From NCBI GenBank assembly GCA_030157785.1, contig JAOAUC010000046.1:45713-109712 (forward strand): a DNA stretch of 64,000 nt, written 5' to 3'. Of the stretch, positions 42,164-52,733 are shown one piece after another. Every line of letters starts with the position of its first letter. Within the stretch, counting starts at the first letter, position 1. The position numbers were made by a program, and so were the translations under genes. The notes beneath the pieces were generated by a model. That model made no database searches and was not told the DNA's origin. It saw nothing but the letters and a program-made list of their open reading frames with translations. The stretch is from Zoogloea oleivorans. Its GTDB lineage: Bacteria > Pseudomonadota > Gammaproteobacteria > Burkholderiales > Rhodocyclaceae.

Positions 42164-42625
42164 ATGAGTGAACTGACCCTGTACTTCGATATCCGACATG
42201 CGGTGGACGTGCATGGCTGGATCATCGAGCATTCAGGTGGCCTGGCGGGGTTGAAGGATCTGGGCCAGCTGGAAAGCGTCCTTCAGCACATTCAGAACGA
42301 CGACTATTACCCCTCGTTCGATGCCAAGCTGACGCATTTGATCTTTGGCATCAACAAGTTCCACGCCTTCAACGATGGCAACAAGCGCGCCAGCCTGACC
42401 TTGGGCGCCTATTTCTTGACCCTGAACGGGTACGACTACTGCGTTCCGCAGTTCGTGATTCAGATGGAAAACATCGTTGTGGCGGTGGCGGAGGGCACCA
42501 TCGGCAAGGACTTGCTGCAACGGGTGGTGCTCTCTCTCATCGAAGATGATGACTTCCCGGATGATCTGAAGCTCGAATTGCTTGAAACCTTGAGGGATGA
42601 CCATCTTGAGGACGATCTGAATTGA
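42164..42625 (+). CDS. Fic/Doc (death-on-curing) family toxin
   Basis: [11 protein letters not shown] Doc-type Fic motif. Confidence 0.9.
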   Translation: MSELTLYFDIRHAVDVHGWIIEHSGGLAGLKDLGQLESVLQHIQNDDYYPSFDAKLTHLIFGINKFHAFNDGNKRASLTLGAYFLTLNGYDYCVPQFVIQMENIVVAVAEGTIGKDLLQRVVLSLIEDDDFPDDLKLELLETLRDDHLEDDLN

Positions 42626-45600
42626 CCGAAGACCAACTCGAACAGGAAGCCCTAGTCTGGCTGGCCGACGTGGGCTACACGCCGCTCTATGGCCCGGAAC
42701 TGGCCTCGGATGGCACCAGCCCGGAACGCCAGAACTTTCAGCAAGTGCTCTTGGTCGAGCGTCTTCGCGGTGCAATTGCCCGCTTGAACCCTCAACTGAC
42801 CACGGCCGCCCGTGAAGACGCGCTGCAGCAGGTGCTGGACCTGGGCATCCCCGCGCTGCTGTCGGCCAACCGCCGCTTCCACCAGTTGCTGGTCACCGGC
42901 GTGAAGGTGGACGTACAGCGAAACGGCGAGACAGTCGGCGACTTCGCCCGCCTGATCGACTGGGCCGATCCATCGAAGAACGAGTGGCTGGCGATCAACC
43001 AGTTCACCGTTAAAGGCCCGCACCATACCCGCCGGCCAGACATCATCCTCTTCGTGAACGGCCTGCCGCTGGTCGTTATCGAGCTCAAGAATCCAGCGGA
43101 CCTGAACGCCGACATCTGGAAGGCTTTCGAGCAGATCCAGACCTACAAGGCCCAGACGCCGGACCTCTTCCAATACAACGAGGTGCTGGTCATCTCCGAT
43201 GGGTCGGACGCCCGCATGGGCTCGCTGTCCGCCGACGCCGAGCGCTTCATGCAGTGGCGCACCATCGACGGGGAGAACCTCGATCCGCTGGGCGAGTTCA
43301 ACGAGCTGGAAACCCTGATCCGCGGCGTGCTCGCCCCGGCCATGCTTCTCGACTACCTGCGCTACTTCGTGCTCTTCGAGGACGACGGCGGGCTGGTCAA
43401 GAAGATCGCCGGCTACCACCAGTTTCACGCGGTGCGGGCGGCTATCCAGCAGGTCATCGCGGCTTCCCGCCCTGGCGGCAGCCACAAGGGCGGGGTCGTC
43501 TGGCACACCCAGGGCAGTGGTAAGAGCATTACGATGACGTGCTTCGCCGCGCGGGTCATGCAGGACGCCGCGATGGAAAACCCGACCATCGTCGTCATCA
43601 CCGACCGCAACGACCTGGACGGCCAGCTCTTCGGCGTGTTCTCCCTGGCCCAGGACCTGCTGCGCGAGGAGCCGGTACAGGCCGGCACCCGCCAGGACCT
43701 GCGCAAGCTCCTCGCCAACCGTCCTTCCGGCGGCGTCGTCTTCGCGACGATCCAGAAGTTCATGCCCGGCGAGGACGAGGACGTCTTCCCGGAGCTGTCC
43801 GACCGGCACAACATTGTCGTCATTGCCGACGAAGCCCACCGCACCCAGTACGGCTTCGAGGCCAAGCTCAAGGGCAAGCCAGGGCACGAGAAATACCAAG
43901 TCGGCTACGCACAGCACCTGCGGGACGCACTGCCCAACGCCACCTTCGTGGCCTTCACCGGCACGCCAGTGTCCAGCGAGGACCGCGACACCCGCGCGGT
44001 TTTCGGCGACTACATCCACGTCTACGACATGCAGCAGGCCAAGGAGGACGGCGCCACGGTGGCGATCTACTTCGAGTCGCGGCTGGCCAAGCTGTCCCTG
44101 AAGGCCGAGGAGTTGCCGCAGATTGACGACGAAGTGGACGAGCTTGCCGAGGACGAGGAAGAAAGCCAGCAGGCCCGCCTCAAGAGCAAGTGGGCCGCCC
44201 TGGAGAAGATTGTCGGTGCCGAGCCCCGCATCGCCAGCGTTGCCGCCGATCTTGTCGCCCACTTCGAGGAGCGCAGCAAGGCCCAGACCGGCAAAGCAAT
44301 GGTCGTCGCCATGAGCCGCGACATCTGCGCGCACCTCTACAACGCCATCGTCGCCCTGCGCCCCGACTGGCACGACGCCGACCCCGAAAAGGGCGCCATC
44401 AAGGTGGTGATGACCGGCTCCGCCAGCGACAAGGCCTTGCTGCGTCCGCACCTCTACAGCAAACAGGTCAAGAAGCGCCTGGAGAAGCGCTTCAAGGATC
44501 CGGCCGATCCGCTGCGTCTAGTGATCGTCCGCGACATGTGGCTGACCGGCTTCGACGCCCCCTGCGTGCACACCCTGTACGTGGACAAGCCGATGAAGGG
44601 ACACAACCTCATGCAGGCCATCGCCCGCGTGAACCGGGTCTTCAAGGACAAGCAGGGCGGCTTGGTGGTGGACTACATCGGCATCGCCAACGAGCTGAAG
44701 TCCGCCCTCAAGGACTACTCCGCCAGCAAGGGACGGGGGCGCCCGACGGTGGATGCGGCCGAGGCTTACGCCGTGCTGGAAGAGAAGCTCGACATCCTGC
44801 GCGGCCTGCTCCACGGTTTCGACTACTCGGACTTCCTGACCTCCGGGCATAAGCGTCTAGCCGGCGCCGCGAACCACGTGCTGGGCATCAAGGAGGGCAA
44901 GAAGCGCTTCGCCGACCAGGCCGTCGCCATGTCCAAGGCCTTCACGCTCTGCTGCACGCTGGACGAAGCCAAGGCCGTACGCGAGGAGGTGGCGTTCTTC
45001 CAGGCCGTGAAGATCATTCTCACCAAGCGCGACCTGACTCAGAAGAAAAAAACGGACGAAGAGCGAGAGCTGGCCATCCGCCAGATCATCGGCTCTGCCG
45101 TGGTCTCCGAGGAGGTCGTCGATATCTTCGATGCGGTCGGCCTCGACAAGCCCAACATCGGCATCCTCGACGATGAGTTCCTGGCCGAGGTGCGCAACCT
45201 GCCGGAACGCAATCTGGCGGTGGAACTGCTGGAGCGCCTGCTGGAAGGTGAGATCAAGTCCCGCTTCTCAAGCAACGTGGTGCAGGAGAAGAAGTTCTCT
45301 GAGCTCCTGGCGGATGTGGTCAAGCGCTACCAGAACCGCGCCATCGAGACCGCCCAGGTCATTGAGGAACTGATCGAGATGGCCAAGAAGTTCCACGCAG
45401 CCGCCCACCGGGGCGAGGAACTGGGCCTGACGGAGGACGAGATCCGCTTCTACGATGCCCTGGCCGATAACGAATCGGCAGTGCGCGAACTGTCCGACGA
45501 AACCCTCAAGAAGATTGCCCACGAGTTGACGGAGAACCTGCGCAAGAACCTGTCGGTGGACTGGTCGGAGCGGGAGAGCGTGCGGGCCAAGCTGCGCCTG

Positions 45601-45714
45601 ATGGTCAAACGCATCTTGCGCAAGTACAAGTACCCGCCGGACCTCCAGGAGGGCGCGGTGGAGTTGGTGTTACAGCAGGCGAAGGCGTTGGGCGAGGCGT
45701 GGATGACCGTCTGA
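42622..45714 (+). CDS. hsdR: Type I restriction endonuclease subunit R
   Basis: [53 protein letters not shown]. Confidence 0.96.
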   Translation: MTEDQLEQEALVWLADVGYTPLYGPELASDGTSPERQNFQQVLLVERLRGAIARLNPQLTTAAREDALQQVLDLGIPALLSANRRFHQLLVTGVKVDVQRNGETVGDFARLIDWADPSKNEWLAINQFTVKGPHHTRRPDIILFVNGLPLVVIELKNPADLNADIWKAFEQIQTYKAQTPDLFQYNEVLVISDGSDARMGSLSADAERFMQWRTIDGENLDPLGEFNELETLIRGVLAPAMLLDYLRYFVLFEDDGGLVKKIAGYHQFHAVRAAIQQVIAASRPGGSHKGGVVWHTQGSGKSITMTCFAARVMQDAAMENPTIVVITDRNDLDGQLFGVFSLAQDLLREEPVQAGTRQDLRKLLANRPSGGVVFATIQKFMPGEDEDVFPELSDRHNIVVIADEAHRTQYGFEAKLKGKPGHEKYQVGYAQHLRDALPNATFVAFTGTPVSSEDRDTRAVFGDYIHVYDMQQAKEDGATVAIYFESRLAKLSLKAEELPQIDDEVDELAEDEEESQQARLKSKWAALEKIVGAEPRIASVAADLVAHFEERSKAQTGKAMVVAMSRDICAHLYNAIVALRPDWHDADPEKGAIKVVMTGSASDKALLRPHLYSKQVKKRLEKRFKDPADPLRLVIVRDMWLTGFDAPCVHTLYVDKPMKGHNLMQAIARVNRVFKDKQGGLVVDYIGIANELKSALKDYSASKGRGRPTVDAAEAYAVLEEKLDILRGLLHGFDYSDFLTSGHKRLAGAANHVLGIKEGKKRFADQAVAMSKAFTLCCTLDEAKAVREEVAFFQAVKIILTKRDLTQKKKTDEERELAIRQIIGSAVVSEEVVDIFDAVGLDKPNIGILDDEFLAEVRNLPERNLAVELLERLLEGEIKSRFSSNVVQEKKFSELLADVVKRYQNRAIETAQVIEELIEMAKKFHAAAHRGEELGLTEDEIRFYDALADNESAVRELSDETLKKIAHELTENLRKNLSVDWSERESVRAKLRLMVKRILRKYKYPPDLQEGAVELVLQQAKALGEAWMTV

Positions 45715-45860
45715 GCGACGTAATGTTGCCAACAGAAACCCTCTTGGTGTCAGAACGAAGGGTGTCGCCATTCGCGACCCCCTTTCAAACCTACAGATCG
45801 TCGGTCTTGTGGGGGGGCGCCAAACGCTCCCCCTTCGGGGACGCGTCGAAGCCCCGGGAA

Positions 45861-45884
45861 CGTGGGGCCTCGTTCGCAGAAACG
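45861..45884 (+). repeat. Copy 2 of the 24-bp direct repeat
   Basis: cgtggggcctcgttcgcagaaacg. Confidence 0.8.
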
Positions 45885-45954
45885 GCACCCGATGCGAATG
45901 AACAACCTCATAGCCCGCCCGGAGGCGGCCTAGGGATGTGCAGCTATAAAACGG

Positions 45955-46809
45955 TTACGCTGCCCGCTGTCCCAAGGCAAAGTCGATTATTTTCCCGGCA
46001 AGTTTTTCATGGTCAGAGTCCGCTGAAAAATAGCAGTTGCTCGGGGCTCGCCAGAGAACACGGTCGATAGCGTTGTCGACCATGGTGTTCCACTCCTCGT
46101 TCTGGGTGTTTGGCCTGAGGATAAACATCCCCATCTTGCTAACTTGCTTCGCGCGGCAAGCAACCTCGACATCTAACAGCGCATTCATCAGGTTGAATTG
46201 GATCACGTGGGAGGTCCTGATCGCGGCCGATTCTAGGCCTGCAAAAGCACTCTCGCCTTGGATGGGGATTCGCGCCGGGCGGCTTCCCTTCTCCGTCTGC
46301 AAAATAGTCATCGGACTCTGTGGGATGATCGAATCGGCTTCTGTTGGCCGTGCCTTACGGATGATCCTATAAATGTCAGCTGTTAGCTTTTCTCGTCTGA
46401 CCGAGTTAATGGTATGCGGCTTCTTGGTCTCGATCTTGGCGGCACTTACTTGGTCGAAAAAGAGGCTGACTAGGGCTTCGTCCGTGTCTGTATTGTAGAT
46501 TGGCTGACGATCAGCCTCAAAAATGTTCGTAACTGGAGATGGAAGGCCAGCCTCCACTGCATCCCTGTACAGGCTGGCGGCAAATAGGATGTTCTCAGCT
46601 CCCGCTTCACCGTAAAAACATGTGAGGCGTCCAGGAGTCTCCATGATCTTTACCCTGACAGCACCGGAAGGTAGTCGCACGCCGATACCTATGTTGAGGC
46701 GCTCCCCGGTGAAGATGTCCGGCGTGATTTGGATGCGCCAACTCTCCCCGGTCTGAATGAACCCGGTGGACTTGGATATGTCAGCAAGGCGTTTTTTTAG
46801 GGCAAGCAT
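45955..46809 (-). CDS. DUF3037-like partner of the HipA-like kinase
   Basis: WRIQITPDIFTGERLNIGI resembles the DUF3037 N-terminal motif; 7 bp downstream of the kinase. Confidence 0.55.
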   Translation of the reverse strand: MLALKKRLADISKSTGFIQTGESWRIQITPDIFTGERLNIGIGVRLPSGAVRVKIMETPGRLTCFYGEAGAENILFAASLYRDAVEAGLPSPVTNIFEADRQPIYNTDTDEALVSLFFDQVSAAKIETKKPHTINSVRREKLTADIYRIIRKARPTEADSIIPQSPMTILQTEKGSRPARIPIQGESAFAGLESAAIRTSHVIQFNLMNALLDVEVACRAKQVSKMGMFILRPNTQNEEWNTMVDNAIDRVLWRAPSNCYFSADSDHEKLAGKIIDFALGQRAA

Positions 46810-46816
46810 GATGGAT

Positions 46817-47635
46817 TCAAACTAGCATACCGAGACGCTGTTTCAAATGCTGTTTCACACTCAGCGAGCGGTCTCGCAGGAAAATGTGGCAGGATTTTAG
46901 GTCCCCGGTGCTTAGTAGCTCTGCGCCAATTGACAACATTTCCTGTGATCCAGCCAAGTACGCGTCAGGGAAACGGTGTGACGCATAAACCGCTCCGCTC
47001 GATATTGGCAGTGGAAAGCCTTGGAAGCATCGCAGTAGTGACCATATTTTGTTTCCATAACTTGCGATGGGTGCTAGCACTTCACTGACCCAGTCAGGGC
47101 CGGTCAGAATGCCGCCATGATCTATCACCGCATAGTCTCCGGCAGACAATCTGACTAAGTTGCCGGTGTTGCGGTCCACGTTTGCAACCCACTCATCAAA
47201 AGCTAGCAGCGACGGTAAATCCTTCCATGCTCGCAGATCGTTGGCGATAGCTGCCAAATCATGGCGGAAAAAAGTATTAGCGGTAGGCAGCTGACTGCCG
47301 TCAGCGTTGGCAATAGCAGTTGTGCCCCAGCAGATCCAATGAGGTTGGGTGGCAAATCCTTGGTTGGGATGGATTCCGTCCAGAAGAGCTCCCGGGAGGA
47401 CAATTAGGGCTGCTTCTTTTGCTTGCGGTACGCCCGCTTCAGCGGCGAGCAGGAAGCCGGATATCTCGTTAAAGAGGGGTTTTACTAGGCCCCGGTAGGA
47501 CTTGACGTAGTAACGGTGCGTTTGCTTTCCCACTCTGAGCAGGGCTGCATGAGTAAAGGCTTGATTGCCCTCAGCTATCTTTTCGATGAAGCGAAAGTAA
47601 GCTTCCGGTGGGAGCAGTTCGACGCGTTGGCTCAT
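46817..47635 (-). CDS. HipA-like (HipA_2) protein kinase
   Basis: YYVK, LFNEI, FDEWVANVDRNTGNL, IDHG. Confidence 0.85.
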   Translation of the reverse strand: MSQRVELLPPEAYFRFIEKIAEGNQAFTHAALLRVGKQTHRYYVKSYRGLVKPLFNEISGFLLAAEAGVPQAKEAALIVLPGALLDGIHPNQGFATQPHWICWGTTAIANADGSQLPTANTFFRHDLAAIANDLRAWKDLPSLLAFDEWVANVDRNTGNLVRLSAGDYAVIDHGGILTGPDWVSEVLAPIASYGNKIWSLLRCFQGFPLPISSGAVYASHRFPDAYLAGSQEMLSIGAELLSTGDLKSCHIFLRDRSLSVKQHLKQRLGMLV

Positions 47636-48253
47636 TCTTGTTGCCGGTGTTGGTTGAATTTGATGAGTGTGGGCAACAGAGAAACGTTTCCTAATCGCTC
47701 AGGCCCCCATCGTGCTGGCAGAGCTTGAGGCGCACATCTGTCAAAAGTTATACGCACGAGTGAAGAAGTTGCATGTTTAGCGTGAAGAATTATCTTTTAT
47801 GGGTAGCGCCATACCCCTGTCAGGGGGGGCATCTCATTGATCGGTGTTGTTTGTTTGGCGATGGCATCTTGTGTTGTGATAACTGCATACCTTGACCTGT
47901 CGATAGCGGGCTTGCCTCTGAAGAGTTTCGTTCGCCGAATGACACCCATTCGAATGAACTACTTCATCGCCCGCAAACCCCACGTACCCTAGGATCATGG
48001 CTCGTGTTCTTTGCTGCTTACGCTATGTGCCCGATTTCCGACCTTTCCAGAACCGCCCGATGGCGTGCCACCACTGCCGCCGGCGAAACCGAAGTCTTCC
48101 ACCTCAAGATAATCGCCGACGACTGGGCGGGTACCGGTGGTACGGTCGAAGCCGTGAATGCTGCCGACCAGAAGGCATTGCATGGGGTGGCAAAATACCA
48201 CCCCATGAATGAGAACCCCGGCGCGTGACCGGGGCTGGTGGTGAGTCGCGTTA

Positions 48254-48541
48254 CTAGGGCCGTGGGTGCCCGCTGGGCGGTGGCAGGATGTCCGACAGGG
48301 GCAACCCCTGCGCCCAGGCGTGCAACTCGGTAAGAAGCCAGCCGATCCGGTTGCTCGACGTTTTGCGGGGTGCCGGGAAGGTGCCCTTCAGCACCTGCAT
48401 GGCGATGTTCGACGGGCTGAGTCCCACAATCATGCATGTCGTGTCGCGATCAACGATGACGGGATCTATGTGCACCACCCTGCTGACCTTCAGGGCTCCC
48501 CCGCTTGGGGTGCACACCGGCGTCTTCTTGGGGCGGCTCAT
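48254..48541 (-). CDS. AlpA-family transcriptional regulator
   Basis: GLSPSNI....GTFPAPRK..NRIGWLLTELHAW. Confidence 0.8.
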   Translation of the reverse strand: MSRPKKTPVCTPSGGALKVSRVVHIDPVIVDRDTTCMIVGLSPSNIAMQVLKGTFPAPRKTSSNRIGWLLTELHAWAQGLPLSDILPPPSGHPRP

Positions 48542-48542
48542 G

Positions 48543-49010
48543 TCAGGCGCTCCCGGGTGCGTGGGCGGTCGCCTGGTGGCCACCAACAGCAAGCAGTTCA
48601 TCGGCAAAGGCTACCGCCTCCCGGGCGAGCGCCTGAAACGTTGCCAACGCCGGGGCCGATCCGTCGCGACACGCATCAAGCCGCGACACGAGCGATTCAC
48701 GCCGCCGCTTGAAGTCCGCCATGTCGCCAAGGATCACATCCGCAGGGGGTGGGAGCTCTGCGCTCGCCTCCCAGTCGTCAGCGCGGCCCAAAAGGTAGTC
48801 AGCGGAGACACCATAGACCCGCGCCGCGTCGGCCAGCAGCTGGGGCGTGATTCCCTTGGGGTAGCTCGAGTGCTCGGCGCGGGTCAAACGCGACGGGCTT
48901 TTGATGCCCAGCCGCCGCGCGGCCTCGTCCGTGCTCAGGCACGCCAGCTCCCGGGCGGATTTCAAGCGCTGGCCGACGATGCAGGGCGTTGCAGTTGGTC
49001 GTTTGCTCAT
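48543..49010 (-). CDS. XRE-family HTH protein (paralog of 57739-58332)
   Basis: GQRLKSARE..LSTDEAARRLG..AARVYGVSADYLLG. Confidence 0.8.
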   Translation of the reverse strand: MSKRPTATPCIVGQRLKSARELACLSTDEAARRLGIKSPSRLTRAEHSSYPKGITPQLLADAARVYGVSADYLLGRADDWEASAELPPPADVILGDMADFKRRRESLVSRLDACRDGSAPALATFQALAREAVAFADELLAVGGHQATAHAPGSA

Positions 49011-49087
49011 GGTGGTGTCCTTCTCAATTCCAGCGTTTCAGGGGGCTGTGCGCCCGGTTGAAGGCGCACAGATCCATCCCGCGGGTG

Positions 49088-49609
49088 TCAGGCGGCGTCG
49101 CGGCGATAGTTGCTGCCCACGTCTTCCGCTGTGCCGTTGACGAGATCCTGCACGGTGCTGGCCATGTCGTGGATCGTCAGCAGGGTGCTATCGAGGTGCG
49201 GGCGCAGTGACTCAAGCTGGCCAGAGCCAGCAGCGGCCTTGGTGACGGCGGCAACGCCCGCGATCTTGCTCGCAGCTTCTTGGATGTAGAGATCCATCAG
49301 GTTAGCCGCGGTCTGCAGCTCGCGAACCTTGGTCGGGGCGTTGCGGGAGGGGCAGAAGGCGTAGTCCGTGTCCTCGCAACCTACCACCGTGGCCTGTGCC
49401 TTGATCTCTGCCGCGGAATCGCGAGCGAGGCCGATGATCGCGTCCATCGCGGTGCCAGTGCCGGCCGCATCGTCAGACTTAAGGGCGCCTTGTGCCGTGC
49501 GCACGAGGCCCATGATTGAGTCGGTGGCCTGTTGCGAATGGCGGTCGATCAGCTCGACGGTCTTCATCAGGGTGGCGAGGTTGGTGTTTTTGATGGTGGT
49601 GGCGGTCAT
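49088..49609 (-). CDS. Hypothetical helical protein with an apparent internal duplication
   Basis: ORF in operon; two similar halves (LMKTVELIDRHSQQATDSIMGL / LQTAANLMDLYIQEAASKIAGV). Confidence 0.6.
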   Translation of the reverse strand: MTATTIKNTNLATLMKTVELIDRHSQQATDSIMGLVRTAQGALKSDDAAGTGTAMDAIIGLARDSAAEIKAQATVVGCEDTDYAFCPSRNAPTKVRELQTAANLMDLYIQEAASKIAGVAAVTKAAAGSGQLESLRPHLDSTLLTIHDMASTVQDLVNGTAEDVGSNYRRDAA

Positions 49610-49614
49610 GGTGA

Positions 49615-49974
49615 TTATCTCCAGGCAAAAGTCAGACGAAAGGACACAACGGGACCGGCGAGCCGGCGAACAACGCGATACAGGGACAGGGCGAGGCGAG
49701 CGCGGCCAGGACGGCGCGCAGTGCGATCAGCGGCGGCGAGGGCCTGCTGTGCGGCTTCGAGTAGCGGGGCCGGCAGGAAGCTGTCAGCGCTGGTCGGACG
49801 CACGGGCGGGTAATCCATCGTCTCGATGACGATGGCGCGCAGGGCGGTAACTGGTGACGGTGCAGCAGGACGGGCACGGCCGATACGGCGATGCGGTCCG
49901 CGGACAAGGGCGGGGCTGTGTTTGGGGCGGGTGGTGCTGCAGAGTGCGGGCGCACTGGGGGCGTGGGTAGCCAT
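49615..49974 (-). CDS. Hypothetical protein whose start lies directly under C4 site b2
   Basis: GGAG RBS overlaps the b2 target (GTTCAGGAGCATCACCATG); DYPPVRP.SADS motif. Confidence 0.6.
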   Translation of the reverse strand: MATHAPSAPALCSTTRPKHSPALVRGPHRRIGRARPAAPSPVTALRAIVIETMDYPPVRPTSADSFLPAPLLEAAQQALAAADRTARRPGRARLALSLYRVVRRLAGPVVSFRLTFAWR

Positions 49975-49983
49975 GGTGATGCT

Positions 49984-50022
49984 CCTGAACAGCGGTTTGT
50001 ATCTCCGCTTCCCAGCCGCCAA
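49984..50022 (-). promoter_or_regulatory. C4 target a2/b2
   Basis: Minus strand TTGGCGG (50016-50022) and GTTCAGG (49984-49990), complementary to the C4 loops. Confidence 0.8.
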
Positions 50023-50029
50023 GCTGGGT

Positions 50030-50100
50030 GAGCGGAACCGTGCGGGTTGGCGGACCGGGTTCAGGACCGGCAGGGTTTCCCCTCCCGCACGGCCCCGCCC
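50030..50100 (-). ncRNA. C4 antisense RNA (P1 C4 / P4 CI-like)
   Basis: GGGCGGGGCCGTGCGGG-AGGGGAAACCCT-GCCGGTCCTGAACCCGGT-CCGCCAA-CCCGCACGGTTCCGCTC cloverleaf displaying CCTGAAC and CCGCCAA. Confidence 0.85.
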
Positions 50101-50127
50101 ATTGAGGCGTCACCATGCGACGGACGT

Positions 50128-50150
50128 AAAAAAACCGCTTGAGGGCGGTT
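50128..50150 (-). terminator. Rho-independent terminator between a1/b1 and C4
   Basis: AACCGC-cctcaa-GCGGTT followed by a T-tract on the minus strand. Confidence 0.75.
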
Positions 50151-50155
50151 GTCCG

Positions 50156-50176
50156 CCTGAACACTCGGGCCGCCAA
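50156..50176 (-). promoter_or_regulatory. C4 target a1/b1
   Basis: Minus strand TTGGCGGcccgagtGTTCAGG; TTGACC -35-like element at 50234-50239 upstream. Confidence 0.8.
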
Positions 50177-50516
50177 GCCCGCGTCACCGTTGTTTGCGGC
50201 GACGAAAATATGATGCACCTGGGCGCCGCTGGTGGTCAAGCACTTATTTTGCATGTGAGGCCCCGGAAGGGAGGTAGACACACACATCATGGGCGCCCGA
50301 GGACGGACACGGTAGGTGTCATTTCGGCCGGCGACACCTGCCTAAATTGGGTGGCCGCGGTAAGTCGAGCACGTCAGGCCGCCGAGGTGTCCTCAGTTTT
50401 GAGGGCACCGTCACCGATGTGCAAATCTGCACAACACCCCGGCCTAAGCGGCGGCCTTAGCCCGGAATGTCCTTCTTGTTGCTTCGGGTACGACGCCCCG
50501 GGGTGGCGAATGGAAC

Positions 50517-52469
50517 TCAGTTGTTTGCTATGCCGCCGGTAGCGATGTGGGCAATCCGCCGGTCGCGTAGATCCTGACCAACATCCGCCGGAGCCTGAGC
50601 AACGGTAACAACCTGCGGCTTTGAGGTGGAGGAAAGAGGGATGGTCAAGGGCTGGGTGTCGGCAGCAGCGGGAATTGATGGAGCGCGAATAGTTGGCGCC
50701 TTGGGCGCACTGAAGGCTACCGGGGGGCTGAAGGCGCCCGCCGATGCCGCAGAAAGGTACTTCCCATACTTCGCTGTTCGATCATCAAGGCCGTTCGTGC
50801 CGCCATTGATTTTCTTCGTGACGGCGCGAACGTCGCCCATCCTGGCAGCCGCGCCGAGTTTCGAGTCCCTCCAGTACCAGGCGGCAACCTTGGCAGAGTT
50901 TTCAGGTTCGGCAGCAAGCTCAGGGTGGTTCTCAAGATCGATTCCAAGCGCCTTGCCGGCCCGGGCGTAATTCTCACGGCCCGTCAGCTGGATAGCGCCA
51001 CGCCCCCGGAAGTTGTAGGCATCCCCCGGGCTCTTGTTGCCCATGCGGCCGCCGTACATCAGTTCGGCAATGGCTTCAGGCCCCTGCGCCATGGCTTTCT
51101 CTACCGCGGGCTGACCCTGCTTTCGGGCGCTCCCGCTGACTTGCATTAGGCGGGCTGCGCTTTTGTAGTTGAAGCTCTCCTCCATCTTGGTGAAGCCGCC
51201 CGACTCGTGATCGAGCTGGGCCATGAACATCGCTTGTTCCTTCGGGTCAGTGATGCCCGATTCCGCCATCTGCTTCACCATCGCGTCCTTGTTGCGATTC
51301 CCGAAGACTGCCCGCCCGACAGACTTCACCTTGTCGATGCCCTTCTGGATGAAGCCCTTCTTCTTGTCGGCCTCGGCCTGGGCTTCCTTGGCTTGCTGCG
51401 CCCGATAGAAGGCGTCTTCGTATTCTTTTGTCCCAGGTGTGATTCCGGATGGCGCAAACGTGGCCTTCGCCGCCGCCTCCTTCGCATACTCCCCATCGCG
51501 CTTTTCAAGCGTGTCCGCCCGCGCCTTGGCAATCTCTGCATCCTTGTCGATGCCGACCGCCTTCAGCGCCGCCTTCGCGGGTGCGGCAGCCCCTTCCTTG
51601 ATGCCCTCCACGCGCTCCTTGTCGTGCGTGGTGTCGGCAGCCCATTGAGTGACCTTCAGCATCGCCAGCAGCGGCGCCATGGCCGCAGCCAGGCCGCCCA
51701 GCACCGTAGCGATACCCGGAAGCGCGGTCTTAATGCCGTTCAGGACAGTGCCCAGCATGCCCCCACCGCCGGCAGCCGCACCCGCCTCCGGCTTCTCCTC
51801 GAGAGCCTTCAGGCTCTTGCCGGCCGCCTTCGAGAAGCCTGTCTCCTCCGCCCGGAACATGCGCAGCTCGCCGAAAATCTTCCGGAACCATCCCGTTTTC
51901 TGGCGCTCTGCCCTGTCGCCGCCGGAGAGCATGGAATAGCCGCGGGCCAGCGGCTGGGCGATCTCGCTGAACGCCTTTACCGCTGGATCCGCCTCTTCCA
52001 TTCCAGTTCCGCCGATGGCGCTGGCAATTCCGACACCACGACCATGAAGGGCGCCAAACGTCGCGCTCGCGGGGCTGCTGGGGCTCTCGCTGTCCGCAGC
52101 GCCATCGTTGCCGGCAGCCTTCTTGATGAATCGCCCGCGGCCGTCACGTTGCGCCGGCTGCGCCACCTCGGCCCCCACCCGGCCAAACGAGCGGCGGCCG
52201 GTGTTGGGCTGGGCTGTGGTCGCTGCGCGTGCTTCGCCCTTCAGGCGGCCAGTTGGTACGGACGGAGTAAAACGCGCGATGGTCGCGAGCTCAGCCGCCC
52301 TGCTGCCACCTCCTCGGGCCGTGGGGCTGACCACTGCTTGCCGGAGGGTGCGTACCTCGCCCAGGATGCCCGAGAGCAGCACTTCGGCCTTGCCGCCGCC
52401 GGCACGCGTGAGGCTCTTTACGGGCTCGCCAAGCAGGAAGCCGGCTGCGTCGCTTTTGATGGAAGCCAT
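50517..52469 (-). CDS. Tape-measure-like protein with GH19 lysozyme domain
   Basis: Ala/Gly-rich helical and hydrophobic central part; AMFMAQLDHESGGF, YGGRMGN, FRGRGAIQLTGRENY, INGGTNGLDDR (GH19). Confidence 0.75.
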   Translation of the reverse strand: MASIKSDAAGFLLGEPVKSLTRAGGGKAEVLLSGILGEVRTLRQAVVSPTARGGGSRAAELATIARFTPSVPTGRLKGEARAATTAQPNTGRRSFGRVGAEVAQPAQRDGRGRFIKKAAGNDGAADSESPSSPASATFGALHGRGVGIASAIGGTGMEEADPAVKAFSEIAQPLARGYSMLSGGDRAERQKTGWFRKIFGELRMFRAEETGFSKAAGKSLKALEEKPEAGAAAGGGGMLGTVLNGIKTALPGIATVLGGLAAAMAPLLAMLKVTQWAADTTHDKERVEGIKEGAAAPAKAALKAVGIDKDAEIAKARADTLEKRDGEYAKEAAAKATFAPSGITPGTKEYEDAFYRAQQAKEAQAEADKKKGFIQKGIDKVKSVGRAVFGNRNKDAMVKQMAESGITDPKEQAMFMAQLDHESGGFTKMEESFNYKSAARLMQVSGSARKQGQPAVEKAMAQGPEAIAELMYGGRMGNKSPGDAYNFRGRGAIQLTGRENYARAGKALGIDLENHPELAAEPENSAKVAAWYWRDSKLGAAARMGDVRAVTKKINGGTNGLDDRTAKYGKYLSAASAGAFSPPVAFSAPKAPTIRAPSIPAAADTQPLTIPLSSTSKPQVVTVAQAPADVGQDLRDRRIAHIATGGIANN

Positions 52470-52470
52470 G

Positions 52471-52683
52471 TCAGGCTTTCACAGGAGGGCGTGCGGCGTC
52501 GAGGAGCGCGACAGCGGCGCCCACTCGAGCTTCGGCGGGGGCGGCAGGGTCGGCCGCCACCTCGGCCAGGGCAGCAACCGCGGCGTCTACGTGGCGGGCA
52601 GCGCGGCTTCGTAAGCTGGTTGAGCCCAAAGGGCGGCCGGAGCCGGGGCGGGCGCCGCCGTGGTTGTTCGTCGTAGTGGGCAT
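52471..52683 (-). CDS. Small protein with GGARPGSGRP basic motif
   Basis: AAGG RBS before ATG at 52683; the motif is typical of small DNA-binding/packaging-associated phage proteins. Confidence 0.55.
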   Translation of the reverse strand: MPTTTNNHGGARPGSGRPLGSTSLRSRAARHVDAAVAALAEVAADPAAPAEARVGAAVALLDAARPPVKA

Positions 52684-52733
52684 CCTTGATCCTCGTGATG
52701 TACCGGGCGGTACGGTGGCCACCCGGTGGGAAG

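Noticed and set aside
49784-50290. Ash/Icd-like ORF across the C4 region
   Set aside because: The Ash-like translation is probably a by-product of the conserved C4 RNA structure; a real protein cannot be supported from sequence alone
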